Below, piece after piece: positions 1-9,119 of a stretch of 64,000 nt of DNA. Every line of letters begins with the position of its first letter. The stretch's first letter is position 1. Source of the DNA: an uncultured Flavobacteriales bacterium (lineage in GTDB: Bacteria > Bacteroidota > Bacteroidia > Flavobacteriales_D > Crocinitomicaceae); contig CAJAVU010000059.1 in NCBI GenBank assembly GCA_903945495.1, positions 1,091 through 65,090 on the forward strand. The letters are read 5' to 3'. The notes beneath the pieces were generated by a model. That model worked only from the letters and a program-made list of their open reading frames with translations, searched no databases and was not told the origin of the DNA. A program made the translations under genes and the position numbers.

Positions 1-51
1 TTTTATGAATAAAATTTTCGTTTGAAACAATTTGACAATTTTTGAAAAACA

Positions 52-615
52 ATGTTGAAAAAAATAAACATCGTACTCTTTATACTCTTGGTTGCGACTC
101 ATTTTAGTTGCAATCAAAAGAATTCCTTCAACTACCAACATCCTTCTATGGTATTCAGAAAGTTTGTCCAAGAAATCGAAAAAGACGGATGGGTGAGTGA
201 TACAGCCAGAGTGAAGCAGCTGGATATGTATAACTTGAGCAATGCTGAATTACGGATGCAAAATAATCTGCCATTTTATACATTAAGTTATGAGGATACA
301 CACGTAGATCAAATCATCGATGGAAATGAAGAGGAAGCGCTTTCCAAGGTTCAACAAATTTGGGCGTATTATTGCAGAGATAAAACGCATGCATATATCA
401 TTTCGGATGGAGTGATTGAAGAATGGCAATTTGAAGATGCTTCAAGCGCGGAGGCGGCTTTCAATGCCTTTAATCGTCAAAAAACCAATCTGTATTTTAA
501 TACCGAACCGTATTTTCATCAGATTAAAACTTCTGTGTATGTGTTTCACACGCGCGCAATGGCGTTTAGTTTAGATCAAAAAGGAGTGTTTGAGAAGTTT
601 GTAAAAATGAATTGA
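52..615 (+). CDS. hypothetical lipoprotein
   Basis: Uninterrupted 187-aa ORF. N-terminal hydrophobic signal ends in a lipobox-like THFSC. The stop abuts the next ORF start (615/616). No domain recognised. Confidence 0.6.
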   Translation: MLKKINIVLFILLVATHFSCNQKNSFNYQHPSMVFRKFVQEIEKDGWVSDTARVKQLDMYNLSNAELRMQNNLPFYTLSYEDTHVDQIIDGNEEEALSKVQQIWAYYCRDKTHAYIISDGVIEEWQFEDASSAEAAFNAFNRQKTNLYFNTEPYFHQIKTSVYVFHTRAMAFSLDQKGVFEKFVKMN

Positions 616-1611
616 ATGAGAAAAATAGTTATAGGAAATTTGAGCTATTTGTTGTTAATCGTTCTATTAACTTCATTTCTTCAACCAAACTATGCCCAAG
701 ATTATGGTTTGATAGTGCGCAAAGATATTTTAGAATCAAATCATGTTCAATCCATTTCAATCCATCTAAAAAGTGGAGCTGAATTAAGCGAAATTGATTC
801 TTTGGAAGTTGGACGTATCGAATTGGATCGTCAAGGGCGAATTGTTTATGAAAAATATTACCGCCTATTCGATGTGATTTTGTATTCAAAAGAATTCACT
901 TATAACTATAATTCCAAAGGACAATTAATTGAGAAAATTGAAACGCAATTGGAATATCCTAAAGACCAAACAGACTCAAGTTTACTCGATATTACAGGTT
1001 TTGGTCCTTCCACACGGAAATGGATTTATACGTACACTTCAAAAGGTAAATTAAAAGAAGAATTAGAATTTTTATGTGCAACGGATTCAGAACCAATTAT
1101 TCAAATCGTTTATTCGTATGACTTAAAAGGTCGATTGATAAAGGATCACTCAACGTATCTGCGAAATCCAAAAATGACCATTTATTCCAATGCGGTGACA
1201 AGGTATGCGTATGATCATTTCAATCGATTAAAAGAAGAAAAAATGCATTGGACAACGGTTAATGTTCGTTCGGTCAAACGATACACTTACAATGATCACG
1301 GATTCAAAGATTCAGAATCTATAATTCATGACAATTTCGATCGAGGAAAACAAACAAAGTTTGAATATGAAAAAGACAGTTTGTCGCGAGTATATCAAAC
1401 TAAAATAGAGGATAAACAATGGTTTAAGGAAATTAGAATTGAGCATTATATTGAATCCTACAAATCATGGGAGTATCATACAGAATATTTAAAACCGGCT
1501 GCAATGGCACATTTTGAATATGACGAAAAACACTTGCTTCAACGAGAAACATGGTACACAGATAAAAGTAAATTGAAGTATGCCTTCGACATAAACTATC
1601 TGTTTTATTGA
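616..1611 (+). CDS. secreted YD/RHS-repeat-like protein (no toxin domain)
   Basis: 331-aa ORF with a signal peptide ending NYAQ. Repeated YD-like units are visible: FTYNYNSKGQLIEK, YTYTSKGKLKEE, YSYDLKGRLIKD, YAYDHFNRLKEE, YTYNDHGF. Confidence 0.65.
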   Translation: MRKIVIGNLSYLLLIVLLTSFLQPNYAQDYGLIVRKDILESNHVQSISIHLKSGAELSEIDSLEVGRIELDRQGRIVYEKYYRLFDVILYSKEFTYNYNSKGQLIEKIETQLEYPKDQTDSSLLDITGFGPSTRKWIYTYTSKGKLKEELEFLCATDSEPIIQIVYSYDLKGRLIKDHSTYLRNPKMTIYSNAVTRYAYDHFNRLKEEKMHWTTVNVRSVKRYTYNDHGFKDSESIIHDNFDRGKQTKFEYEKDSLSRVYQTKIEDKQWFKEIRIEHYIESYKSWEYHTEYLKPAAMAHFEYDEKHLLQRETWYTDKSKLKYAFDINYLFY

Positions 1612-1679
1612 TTTTATTTCCTTTCATATACGTACATTCATTCACTGATAAATGGTACTCCATTAATAAAATACTTTTC

Positions 1680-2183
1680 ATGAACAAAAAACAACTTCTT
1701 ACCTATAGTTTAATTGGCATTGTTTGCTTTGTTCTAGGTTATTGGACAAAGACCTTGAATTCGGAGAAAAAAAGCATGTCAAGTACTCAAGCAAAGAGTG
1801 AATTGCAAAATGTTCCTGTTACTGAAACGCAAGAAAACGAAGTACAAGAGAGCACATCGAATGAAGAAATCAATTATGCCAAGTTATTGAAAGGAAAATA
1901 CATTCTTCGTGGAGCTGATTGGGCAGGATTTGAATTCATGAAAGGAAACAGAGCTACGTGGACAAATGAACTTTTTCCAAATGATCCAGATACAATGCGT
2001 ATCAATTGGATAAACAATAACACCTTTGTTGCCACGTTTATATCTGGATTAACAGAAGATTGTCCGCCAAATGTTTGGATCAAACAAGTCGTTTCCCTAG
2101 AAGGTAAAAAACTCAAACTCCAAGAAATCAATACGAGTTGGGTTGATCTCGAACAGGATGTGTTGACGTTCGTGAAGGAGTGA
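1680..2183 (+). CDS. hypothetical membrane-anchored protein
   Basis: The ORF track starts at 1608 on a non-ATG codon. The first ATG (1680, MNKKQLLTYSLIGIVCFVLGYW) gives a typical N-terminal TM anchor. No domain recognised. Confidence 0.6.
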   Translation: MNKKQLLTYSLIGIVCFVLGYWTKTLNSEKKSMSSTQAKSELQNVPVTETQENEVQESTSNEEINYAKLLKGKYILRGADWAGFEFMKGNRATWTNELFPNDPDTMRINWINNNTFVATFISGLTEDCPPNVWIKQVVSLEGKKLKLQEINTSWVDLEQDVLTFVKE

Positions 2184-2277
2184 GAAAATTGAGTAAAATT
2201 AGTTTCAAAAGTTGCAATTTATAGGTGTTTTTTGCCTAATATTGACCAATAAATTTAACCAATAAAAAACCGAAGCC

Positions 2278-3204
2278 ATGAATGAAATTAATGGATATTT
2301 AATTATTATTCCAATTGTCTTATTACTGATTGTTGGATCATTTGTTACCGTGCAACAAGGAACTATTTCTGTTGTTACAATGTTCGGAAAGTACCGAAGA
2401 ATTTTGCATCCAGGACTGAATTTTAGAATTCCACTTTTTGAAAAAATCTTCAGTAAAGTTTCTATTCAGAACCGTGCAATTGAAATGGAATTCCAAGCAA
2501 TTACGCAAGATCAAGCGAATGTGTATTTCAAAGCGATGTTGGTGTATTCTGTATTGGATGCAAACGAAGAAACAATCAAAAATGTAGCCTTTAAATTCAT
2601 GGATCAGCGTAGCTTTTCACAAGCCTTGATTCGTACGATTGAAGGTTCTGTTCGTGGATTCGTTGCAACAAAAAAACAAGCTGAAATCTTATTGTTGCGT
2701 CGCGAAATTGTTGACGATGTAAAAGAAAGCTTGGACATGACTTTGGAAACATGGGGATTCCATTTGATTGATTTGCAATTGAACGATATTACGTTTGACG
2801 CTGAAATTACAACGTCAATGGCGAAAGTAGTAGCCTCAAATAACTTGAAAGCAGCGGCTGAAAACGAAGGTCAAGCCTTGTTGATTACCAAAACAAAAGC
2901 TGCAGAAGCGGAAGGGAATGCCATCAAAATTGCTGCTCAAGCGGAGAAAGAAGCTGCACAGTTGAAAGGGCAAGGAATCGCCTTATTCCGTGAAGAGGTG
3001 GCTAAAGGTATGACCGAAGCAGCTGACAAAATGAAAGAAGCAAACTTAGATACGTCGTTGATTCTATTCTCGATGTGGACTGAATCCATTAAAGAATTCG
3101 CCGAAAAAGGAAAAGGAAATGTTATTTTCTTAGACGGTTCTACAGAAGGAATGGACCGCACCATGAAACAAATGATGGCGAATGATATGATTCAAAAGAA
3201 ATAA
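2278..3204 (+). CDS. SPFH/band-7 (stomatin/prohibitin-like) family protein
   Basis: N-terminal TM helix followed by VQQGTISVVTMFGKYRRILHPGLNFRIPLFEKI, typical of the SPFH domain. The C-terminal half is Ala/Glu/Lys-rich and looks like a coiled coil. Confidence 0.9.
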   Translation: MNEINGYLIIIPIVLLLIVGSFVTVQQGTISVVTMFGKYRRILHPGLNFRIPLFEKIFSKVSIQNRAIEMEFQAITQDQANVYFKAMLVYSVLDANEETIKNVAFKFMDQRSFSQALIRTIEGSVRGFVATKKQAEILLLRREIVDDVKESLDMTLETWGFHLIDLQLNDITFDAEITTSMAKVVASNNLKAAAENEGQALLITKTKAAEAEGNAIKIAAQAEKEAAQLKGQGIALFREEVAKGMTEAADKMKEANLDTSLILFSMWTESIKEFAEKGKGNVIFLDGSTEGMDRTMKQMMANDMIQKK

Positions 3205-3264
3205 CTTACAATTCATGTCCGCCGCGGCGGAATGATTCATGATTTGGATTGAATAAAATTATTC

Positions 3265-3300
3265 AAAGGGACGTCGATGTATCGCGTCCCTTTTTGTTTT
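3265..3300 (+). terminator. rho-independent terminator downstream of the SPFH gene
   Basis: AAAGGGACG...CGTCCCTTT hairpin followed by TTTTTGTTTT. Confidence 0.6.
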
Positions 3301-3378
3301 ATAGAATATCGATTTTTAAAGAATAAGTTTAAGCTATACGATTTAACTAATTTTCGGGACGCGATACATCGACGTCCC
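3268..3378. repeat. pair of exact inverted 23-nt hairpin-forming repeats
   Basis: GGGACGTCGATGTATCGCGTCCC at 3268-3290 is the exact reverse complement of GGGACGCGATACATCGACGTCCC at 3356-3378. Each copy is itself a hairpin. They are separated by 65 AT-rich nt. Confidence 0.85.
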
Positions 3379-3395
3379 TACAATCAAATTATTTC

Positions 3396-3423
3396 TAATC
3401 ACTAATCACAAATCACAAATCAC
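3396..3423. repeat. tandem heptamer array (TAATCAC x2, AAATCAC x2)
   Basis: Four head-to-tail heptamers end at the stop codon of the minus-strand gene 3423-4985. An 18-nt exact match (TTTCTAATCACTAATCAC) occurs at 17573-17590. Confidence 0.8.
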
Positions 3424-4985
3424 TAGTTTCTAGTCACTAACTCATACGCTTCCGCTTCCGCTAAATTCCAGCCCAGCCAACTTTTTGCCTCCCATTTCTC
3501 TTTAAAAACTTCTTTGCGGTAATTAATGGTATTCACATATTCGAGTGGATCTAAATACACGCGTTTGTAATAACTGAATGAACCGCTTAAGCTGGATTCG
3601 TCCGAACTACCCATTGAACCTTTACTGAAGCGTTCCATTTGGCGTTGATCCATTTTCTGGACCTTTTGCAAAGGATGATCTAAATAGGGAAGAGCACTAT
3701 CCGCTAAGGTTGCCAAATAATTCAAGTGGACGAATGAAGAATTGGATTTACTGAAATTGTATTGAGCAATAATACGATCCCAATTAAACGCAGATGAAAT
3801 AACCAAAACAATCATTAATGCATTTAAATTGGTGCGGATCATAAAATAAGCTGAACGCACTTTTGAGATTTTTAAAAAGACAGTGAACAATGCAAACAAA
3901 CACAGGAGCAAAAAGAACACAATGGCGATGCGTTTATAGGCCAAGGCATAATATTGAATGTAGTACCAATTCCGTATTCCAACAGAAAAGACTAAGATGG
4001 CATTTTGGAAAATCCATGCATAGCTCAATTTCTTTAACAGACTATTTTTTTGATAAAAGTTTAGATTCTTGCGGAAGAAATACAAGACCAAAATCATTGA
4101 AACAAGAATTGAAACCAATAATAAATACGTTCCTTGGTGTACAAAGTCTTTTAAATATTGACCTTCCCATTTGAAGTTGAACCAGACATAGGAAATGTCC
4201 ATGATGTTCAGGAAGAGTAAGAGCGCATTCAATGAAAGAAATAGGAATACCGCAGCTCTGTATTCATTCACTAACGATAATAAACGGAAAACTGATTTTT
4301 TACGCTCTTTCTTTCTGAATAATTGGTCTGAATGAGCAGCGTCACGATCAATTGCGTTTTGGTTTTTACGTCGCAGAAAAAAGAAACTTCCAAACATAAT
4401 TCCCAGGATCAATACCATGAACGCATTGATTTCGATGTAATCTAAAAGAGTCGAAATAAACGACCATATTTGTTCAAAGAACCAAGAGAAATATGCGCCA
4501 AACTTTGGGTTGGAAGCACTGTAAATACTTATGAAAATGAGAATAATTACAATCGGAATAAGGAAAATACGCAAACGTCTGAATTTGAAAGAGAAACGAG
4601 ATGTGCGTTTGCTTTTGAAACTTATTTCTTTGGGAAACAATCCTTGTGAAATGACTAAAGTGGAAAATGAGTTTATCAGCGCATAATGAATCGAACGAAT
4701 TTCTGGAGCAGCAAGACTTCCTAAAAAAATGAAAAAGCTCAGAAAGTTTGCGGAAAAACTCAAGGTTGAATGATGTAGAACTGTGAAAACAACGGTTAAT
4801 ACGACTGAACTAAATCCTAACAAGTGTAAATTGTTTTTTAGTTGAATTGCACGTTCATTAAATAACCAAGCCAAAACTAGGAATTCATAAATCAATAGAT
4901 TGATACCTAATGCTTGCTTATAAAAAAGTAGAGTAAATACAATTGCGCTCAAAAATACGAGCCAACCAGCTTTCAATGTTTTCAT
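3423..4985 (-). CDS. polytopic inner-membrane protein (DUF4153/DUF4173-like)
   Basis: Long ORF with at least 10 predicted hydrophobic helices. The ORF track start at 5012 is TTG, so the first ATG (4985, MKTLKAGWLVFL) is preferred. The family name is a recollection, not verified. Confidence 0.7.
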   Translation of the reverse strand: MKTLKAGWLVFLSAIVFTLLFYKQALGINLLIYEFLVLAWLFNERAIQLKNNLHLLGFSSVVLTVVFTVLHHSTLSFSANFLSFFIFLGSLAAPEIRSIHYALINSFSTLVISQGLFPKEISFKSKRTSRFSFKFRRLRIFLIPIVIILIFISIYSASNPKFGAYFSWFFEQIWSFISTLLDYIEINAFMVLILGIMFGSFFFLRRKNQNAIDRDAAHSDQLFRKKERKKSVFRLLSLVNEYRAAVFLFLSLNALLLFLNIMDISYVWFNFKWEGQYLKDFVHQGTYLLLVSILVSMILVLYFFRKNLNFYQKNSLLKKLSYAWIFQNAILVFSVGIRNWYYIQYYALAYKRIAIVFFLLLCLFALFTVFLKISKVRSAYFMIRTNLNALMIVLVISSAFNWDRIIAQYNFSKSNSSFVHLNYLATLADSALPYLDHPLQKVQKMDQRQMERFSKGSMGSSDESSLSGSFSYYKRVYLDPLEYVNTINYRKEVFKEKWEAKSWLGWNLAEAEAYELVTRN

Positions 4986-5148
4986 ACGTTTGTTTTTGTG
5001 CAGAACGGACAAAAAATGTCAATCGTATTTCATTAACGCGTTTTTAAGATTTATTGGGAAATAGTAAAAGAATATTTTCTTTAGGAAATTTTAACAAGTC
5101 AAACCAAACAAATGAATTGGTCAAGCGTTAAAATGAAAAAAGTATCAT

Positions 5149-5787
5149 ATGAAAACAGTTTATTCAATTCTTTGCTCAGCCTTGTTTTTGACAATTTCAC
5201 TTAGTTCGTGCGCCTACGATGTGGCTGAATTACCAAAAAATGATGTCAAAAAAGGAAAAATTGCGAATGATACAATTACACTTGGCGGTGGTTGTTATTG
5301 GTGTGTAGAAGCGGTTTATGAACGCTTGGATGGAGTAGTAGACGTTTATTCCGGTTTCTCTGGAGGCTCGATTGAAAATCCAACATACGAACAAGTATGC
5401 ACAGGCAGAACTGGACACGCTGAAGTTGTACAAATCGCCTTTGATTCAACTTTAACTTCTGTCAAGGATATCTTGGAAGTCTTTTTTGTTGTGCATGATC
5501 CAACAACATTGAACAAGCAAGGACACGACATTGGAACACAATACAGATCGGTGATATTCTACCATTCGGAAGAACAAAAAACAATCGCAAAAGAAGTTAT
5601 TGCTGCACTTGAAAAAGAAAAAGTGTTTAATGCACCTATTGTAACAGCTGTCCAACCGAAATCTATTTTTTACGAAGCGGAAGATTATCATCAGGATTAT
5701 TATGAGAAAAACCCAGATCAATCATATTGTCAACTAGTTGTTCGGCCTAAAATTGAAAAATTTGAAAAAGTATTTGGTAAACATTAA
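5149..5787 (+). CDS. msrA: peptide-methionine (S)-S-oxide reductase MsrA, lipoprotein form
   Basis: GGGCYWCVEAVY catalytic motif, GHAEVVQIAFD, DYHQDYY. N-terminal signal with lipobox LSSC. Confidence 0.92.
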   Translation: MKTVYSILCSALFLTISLSSCAYDVAELPKNDVKKGKIANDTITLGGGCYWCVEAVYERLDGVVDVYSGFSGGSIENPTYEQVCTGRTGHAEVVQIAFDSTLTSVKDILEVFFVVHDPTTLNKQGHDIGTQYRSVIFYHSEEQKTIAKEVIAALEKEKVFNAPIVTAVQPKSIFYEAEDYHQDYYEKNPDQSYCQLVVRPKIEKFEKVFGKH

Positions 5788-6848
5788 TTTTTCAAACAAC
5801 GAACGGCAAAACCTTGGGCCTTTAATGGCAACTCTTGAAGGTATAATTCAGAACTAAAATGCCTAATAATTATGGCTTTTTCGTTAGCATTAGTCATTAT
5901 CCAATAAGCTATTTTATCCGTGTTACCTTGAAAACGATCATCCGATAAATACGGCAATGGTGTTGCATTGAACCCAAGTTGATTTGTTCCATTTCCACTA
6001 ATTGAATCGGAAAAAACGAAGCCGGTTCCTTTGCATAAATTACAGGTGTTAATTGAATCATTTGATAGCGTGTGTGGACAAAGTGACTGTTGTTCAAAAT
6101 TACTCCATCCGCTCGTGCTTTTAATTGTGTGACCGATGGTTGGTCCTGCGAATTGTTTCAATTTATCCCAATCTTCTTCGGTCGAAATATGCCAACCGTT
6201 TGGAGCTAACCCGCGAGGATCATTAATGGCAAACCAATTGTATAATTTTGAAGATTTATTGGGTGATGTTGTATCAAAATTTGGATAACACCACATCGCT
6301 TGTTTGTTGTTGTATGCTTGTTCCCATTCTTTAAGAGAAAGAGCCTGAGGTAATGTGTCGCCATTACTGAAAGTGAAGACATTCAAATTTTGTGTCATCC
6401 ATTGTTGTGTTCCAATTCTCACACTAATGTAAAAATTCGCTGGCGCTGTTTCGTGTACTTCATACGATTGTACAATAGAATCAATTTTAGCAGCTTGTAA
6501 AGGTCTAATCGATTTATTTTTTAATTGAACGATAGAATTGTTTAAGCTATCAATTAAATGATATAAACGTTTTTCTTCTGCAGCGTCTAAGCTAGAAAGA
6601 AATGCCATTTGACTGATTTTTTGTTCAAGAAGTTGGATAGTAGCATGTTGTTGTTGAAGTTCCAAGGTTGTTTTCTTTTGGAATTCTTCTTTTTCATAAT
6701 TGATTTTTTTGAGACTCAGTTCTTTCTCAAAATTTACGCGTTTTAAACTATCAATGCGCAAATTCAAAATGTCGATCAGTTCCTGTTTACTTTGAGCAAT
6801 GGTTAAAAATGATCCGAAAACGAATAATAGTCCAATTAGTTTATTCAT
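5784..6848 (-). CDS. Fibrobacter succinogenes major paralogous (FISH) domain protein with N-terminal coiled coil
   Basis: IGTQQWMTQNLNV...KLYNWFAINDPRGLAPNGWHISTEEDWDKL...GFAVRCLKN matches the Fib_succ_major signature. Start moved to ATG 6848 (MNKLIGLLFVFGS signal peptide). Confidence 0.8.
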   Translation of the reverse strand: MNKLIGLLFVFGSFLTIAQSKQELIDILNLRIDSLKRVNFEKELSLKKINYEKEEFQKKTTLELQQQHATIQLLEQKISQMAFLSSLDAAEEKRLYHLIDSLNNSIVQLKNKSIRPLQAAKIDSIVQSYEVHETAPANFYISVRIGTQQWMTQNLNVFTFSNGDTLPQALSLKEWEQAYNNKQAMWCYPNFDTTSPNKSSKLYNWFAINDPRGLAPNGWHISTEEDWDKLKQFAGPTIGHTIKSTSGWSNFEQQSLCPHTLSNDSINTCNLCKGTGFVFSDSISGNGTNQLGFNATPLPYLSDDRFQGNTDKIAYWIMTNANEKAIIIRHFSSELYLQELPLKAQGFAVRCLKN

Positions 6849-7009
6849 GTTAGTCAAACATTGCGGAGTATTTCTAACGAAACGCATCCCTGTGAAACAA
6901 TAAAACATGATTATCAAAGTGGTTGACAGAAGCAGTAGTATTACAGTAAATATAAAAAATCCTAATTACAAATGAAAAAGGATTTTATCTTTAACGTATA
7001 ATTTCATTT

Positions 7010-7405
7010 ATGCCAAGAGAAGATTTGTTAGAAGTTGAAGTGGTTGAACCAATTGTTGAATCGAAAAGTGAGATAAAACCAATCTTTCTTGAAGAAAAAC
7101 AAACAGTTGTTCATTGCTCTATGCCTTGTCAAATCGGAATGGGTGCACGTATCTGGAAATCTACCTATTTAATCACAGATGGAGGAACGAAAATTCCGCT
7201 TTTGTTTTGGGATGGAATCAGTCAAGCTCCTTATTGGACAATAATTGAACACAATGTTTTTTTTAAATTTACGCTATTCTTTGGTGGATTGCCAAACGAT
7301 TGTAAAACATTCACATTGAAAGAAGAAATACCCGAACCAGGTGGATTTGAAGTAAAAGGTATTCGACGAAATAAATCAGATGTATATCGTGTTACTGTAA
7401 TTTAA
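7010..7405 (+). CDS. hypothetical protein
   Basis: 131-aa ORF with an acidic N-terminus. No recognisable domain. Confidence 0.5.
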   Translation: MPREDLLEVEVVEPIVESKSEIKPIFLEEKQTVVHCSMPCQIGMGARIWKSTYLITDGGTKIPLLFWDGISQAPYWTIIEHNVFFKFTLFFGGLPNDCKTFTLKEEIPEPGGFEVKGIRRNKSDVYRVTVI

Positions 7406-7460
7406 TTCTAATTGTAAGTTGTGACTTTTTAACCAAAGAACATTTTGGAGGAAAAAGTCT

Positions 7461-8072
7461 ATGAATTTTTTATACACTATTTTCTTCTTTATTTCACTTC
7501 AACTCAATGGGCAATCAAGGTATTTGGTTCCAGTAGTATTAAGTAAAACTGTTTACGCTGATTTTCCAACGCAACTAGAGTTTTATTGCGATTCGTGTGC
7601 GAAGAATTATCAAATTTCAGTTGGGAATGGCACCTTGCTGCAAAAAGATAGTGTGTATTATCTGCTTCCCAACGAATACGCAATAAAGTGTATGATTCAA
7701 GTGATTGACAAGAATAAACGACGCAATTTGGGCACGTTTAGTTTAGATGTTATTCCTTTTCCAGAACTAACAGTTTTCATAGATTCAATGGCAAGCGGAA
7801 GTGCTTTAACACGAATTCCCAAAAAGGTCAGTGTTGGAATAGATGGTTTAGCAGGAAATGGTTCTGTCCGTTTTCAATTGCTAAGTTTTCAGTTTTTCAT
7901 CGAAGGATTTACGCCTGCTTGGGTGACACCTGGAGAAATCATTGAAGAGCAAGAGCGGAATAAAATTGCACAAAAACAGAAAGATGGGAAACAAACCAAG
8001 GTGAACGTGATTTGTCAAATCATTGATCACAAAAATAGGATTCGAAACGTGGGTGGTTGGTTTTATATCTAA
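7461..8072 (+). CDS. hypothetical secreted protein
   Basis: 203-aa ORF with a signal peptide (FFFISLQLNGQ). The C-terminal half is loosely reminiscent of a GldM C-terminal-type beta domain. That resemblance is a weak impression only. Confidence 0.55.
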   Translation: MNFLYTIFFFISLQLNGQSRYLVPVVLSKTVYADFPTQLEFYCDSCAKNYQISVGNGTLLQKDSVYYLLPNEYAIKCMIQVIDKNKRRNLGTFSLDVIPFPELTVFIDSMASGSALTRIPKKVSVGIDGLAGNGSVRFQLLSFQFFIEGFTPAWVTPGEIIEEQERNKIAQKQKDGKQTKVNVICQIIDHKNRIRNVGGWFYI

Positions 8073-8091
8073 GTAGTGAGATGATTATTTA

Positions 8092-8448
8092 CTATTGTAA
8101 CTTACGAATATTTATGTGAATCCAAATTGAGCGACCTAAACGCAACATTACAGGATAAACAAATACAAAAGCAAGCACCATTCCTCCAAAAAACCAAAAT
8201 GGTGAAATTGTTTTTGAAACTAATGCTCCGATTAAAAAAGGAAGTTCAGTAAGAATCACAATTGGATAGCTTGTCCACAAAGCGCCGAGCCAAAATCCAG
8301 GTTCGATGCAATATTTTTGACCACAATGCGGACAATTTTCAGGCATGTCGAGCATGTGTGTATAGCGAAACATACCTTTGTACGAGAACAAATCGCCTTT
8401 GGAGCATTTTGGACATTTTAACAAAAGGGTAGAAGCTATGTGATTCAT
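8092..8448 (-). CDS. DUF983 family membrane protein (zinc-ribbon plus 2 TM)
   Basis: CPKCSKG...CPHCGQKYCIEPGFWLGALWTSY followed by two hydrophobic helices. Confidence 0.75.
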   Translation of the reverse strand: MNHIASTLLLKCPKCSKGDLFSYKGMFRYTHMLDMPENCPHCGQKYCIEPGFWLGALWTSYPIVILTELPFLIGALVSKTISPFWFFGGMVLAFVFVYPVMLRLGRSIWIHINIRKLQ

Positions 8449-8531
8449 GCGGCTAAGGTAATGATATTAACGTTTGGCTAACGAAAGGAATTTTACGAAT
8501 TTTACAGGATCGAACGATCAAACGAAGTTCG

Positions 8532-9056
8532 ATGAATGTAATTAAGATGAGCAGAGTTAAATCGATTCTATTTTTTGTTAGTATTATTTTGTTGAGCGCA
8601 TGTTCAACTTCGCGTTCATTCAAATTTGTAAATGCCGATAAGCAGCAACACGAGCATGTTGTTGAAAAAGCTCAGTCTTCCACTGAAATGAATCATGAAA
8701 ATGTACAAGCATCAATTTCGAGTGAAGAACTAATGCTAGCCGAACAAATGTCTTCTGCTTCCAAAGTTCAAGTCGTGAAACGATTGGTTGTTGAGAAGAA
8801 AGAGGAAGCCGTACAATCAATCAAAACAGCACCAACAAAATTGAAGCAATTTATGGCACATAAAAAAATCCAACCATCGGATAACTTTTGGTCGGATTTG
8901 ATAAAAGATTTTTTTCTTTTTATGCTCGTAGGATTGATTATTGTTGGAATTATCGCAGCAATGATTGTATATGGCAATCCGACTGTTCAACTAATCGGAA
9001 AAATTATAGCTATTATCATCATCGCAATTGCAACACTCGCTCTTCTCTTCAGTTAA
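8532..9056 (+). CDS. hypothetical lipoprotein with C-terminal TM segments
   Basis: Signal peptide with lipobox LLSAC. The C-terminus has two hydrophobic helices. Confidence 0.55.
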   Translation: MNVIKMSRVKSILFFVSIILLSACSTSRSFKFVNADKQQHEHVVEKAQSSTEMNHENVQASISSEELMLAEQMSSASKVQVVKRLVVEKKEEAVQSIKTAPTKLKQFMAHKKIQPSDNFWSDLIKDFFLFMLVGLIIVGIIAAMIVYGNPTVQLIGKIIAIIIIAIATLALLFS

Positions 9057-9119
9057 TTACCAATTGTATTCTTTTTCCCAATCGTAGAATTTATCAATCT
9101 CGGTAGAATGGGATTCAAT

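Noticed and set aside
3396-3423. Possible CRISPR-like or minisatellite array (heptamer tandems).
   Set aside because: The units are only 7 nt with no spacers and no cas genes. It is reported as a short tandem repeat instead.
8888-9106. 72-aa plus-strand ORF overlapping the end of the 8532-9056 gene.
   Set aside because: It is an alternative frame of the same region, has a Cys/Arg/Asn-rich nonsense-like composition, and runs across the intergenic region.
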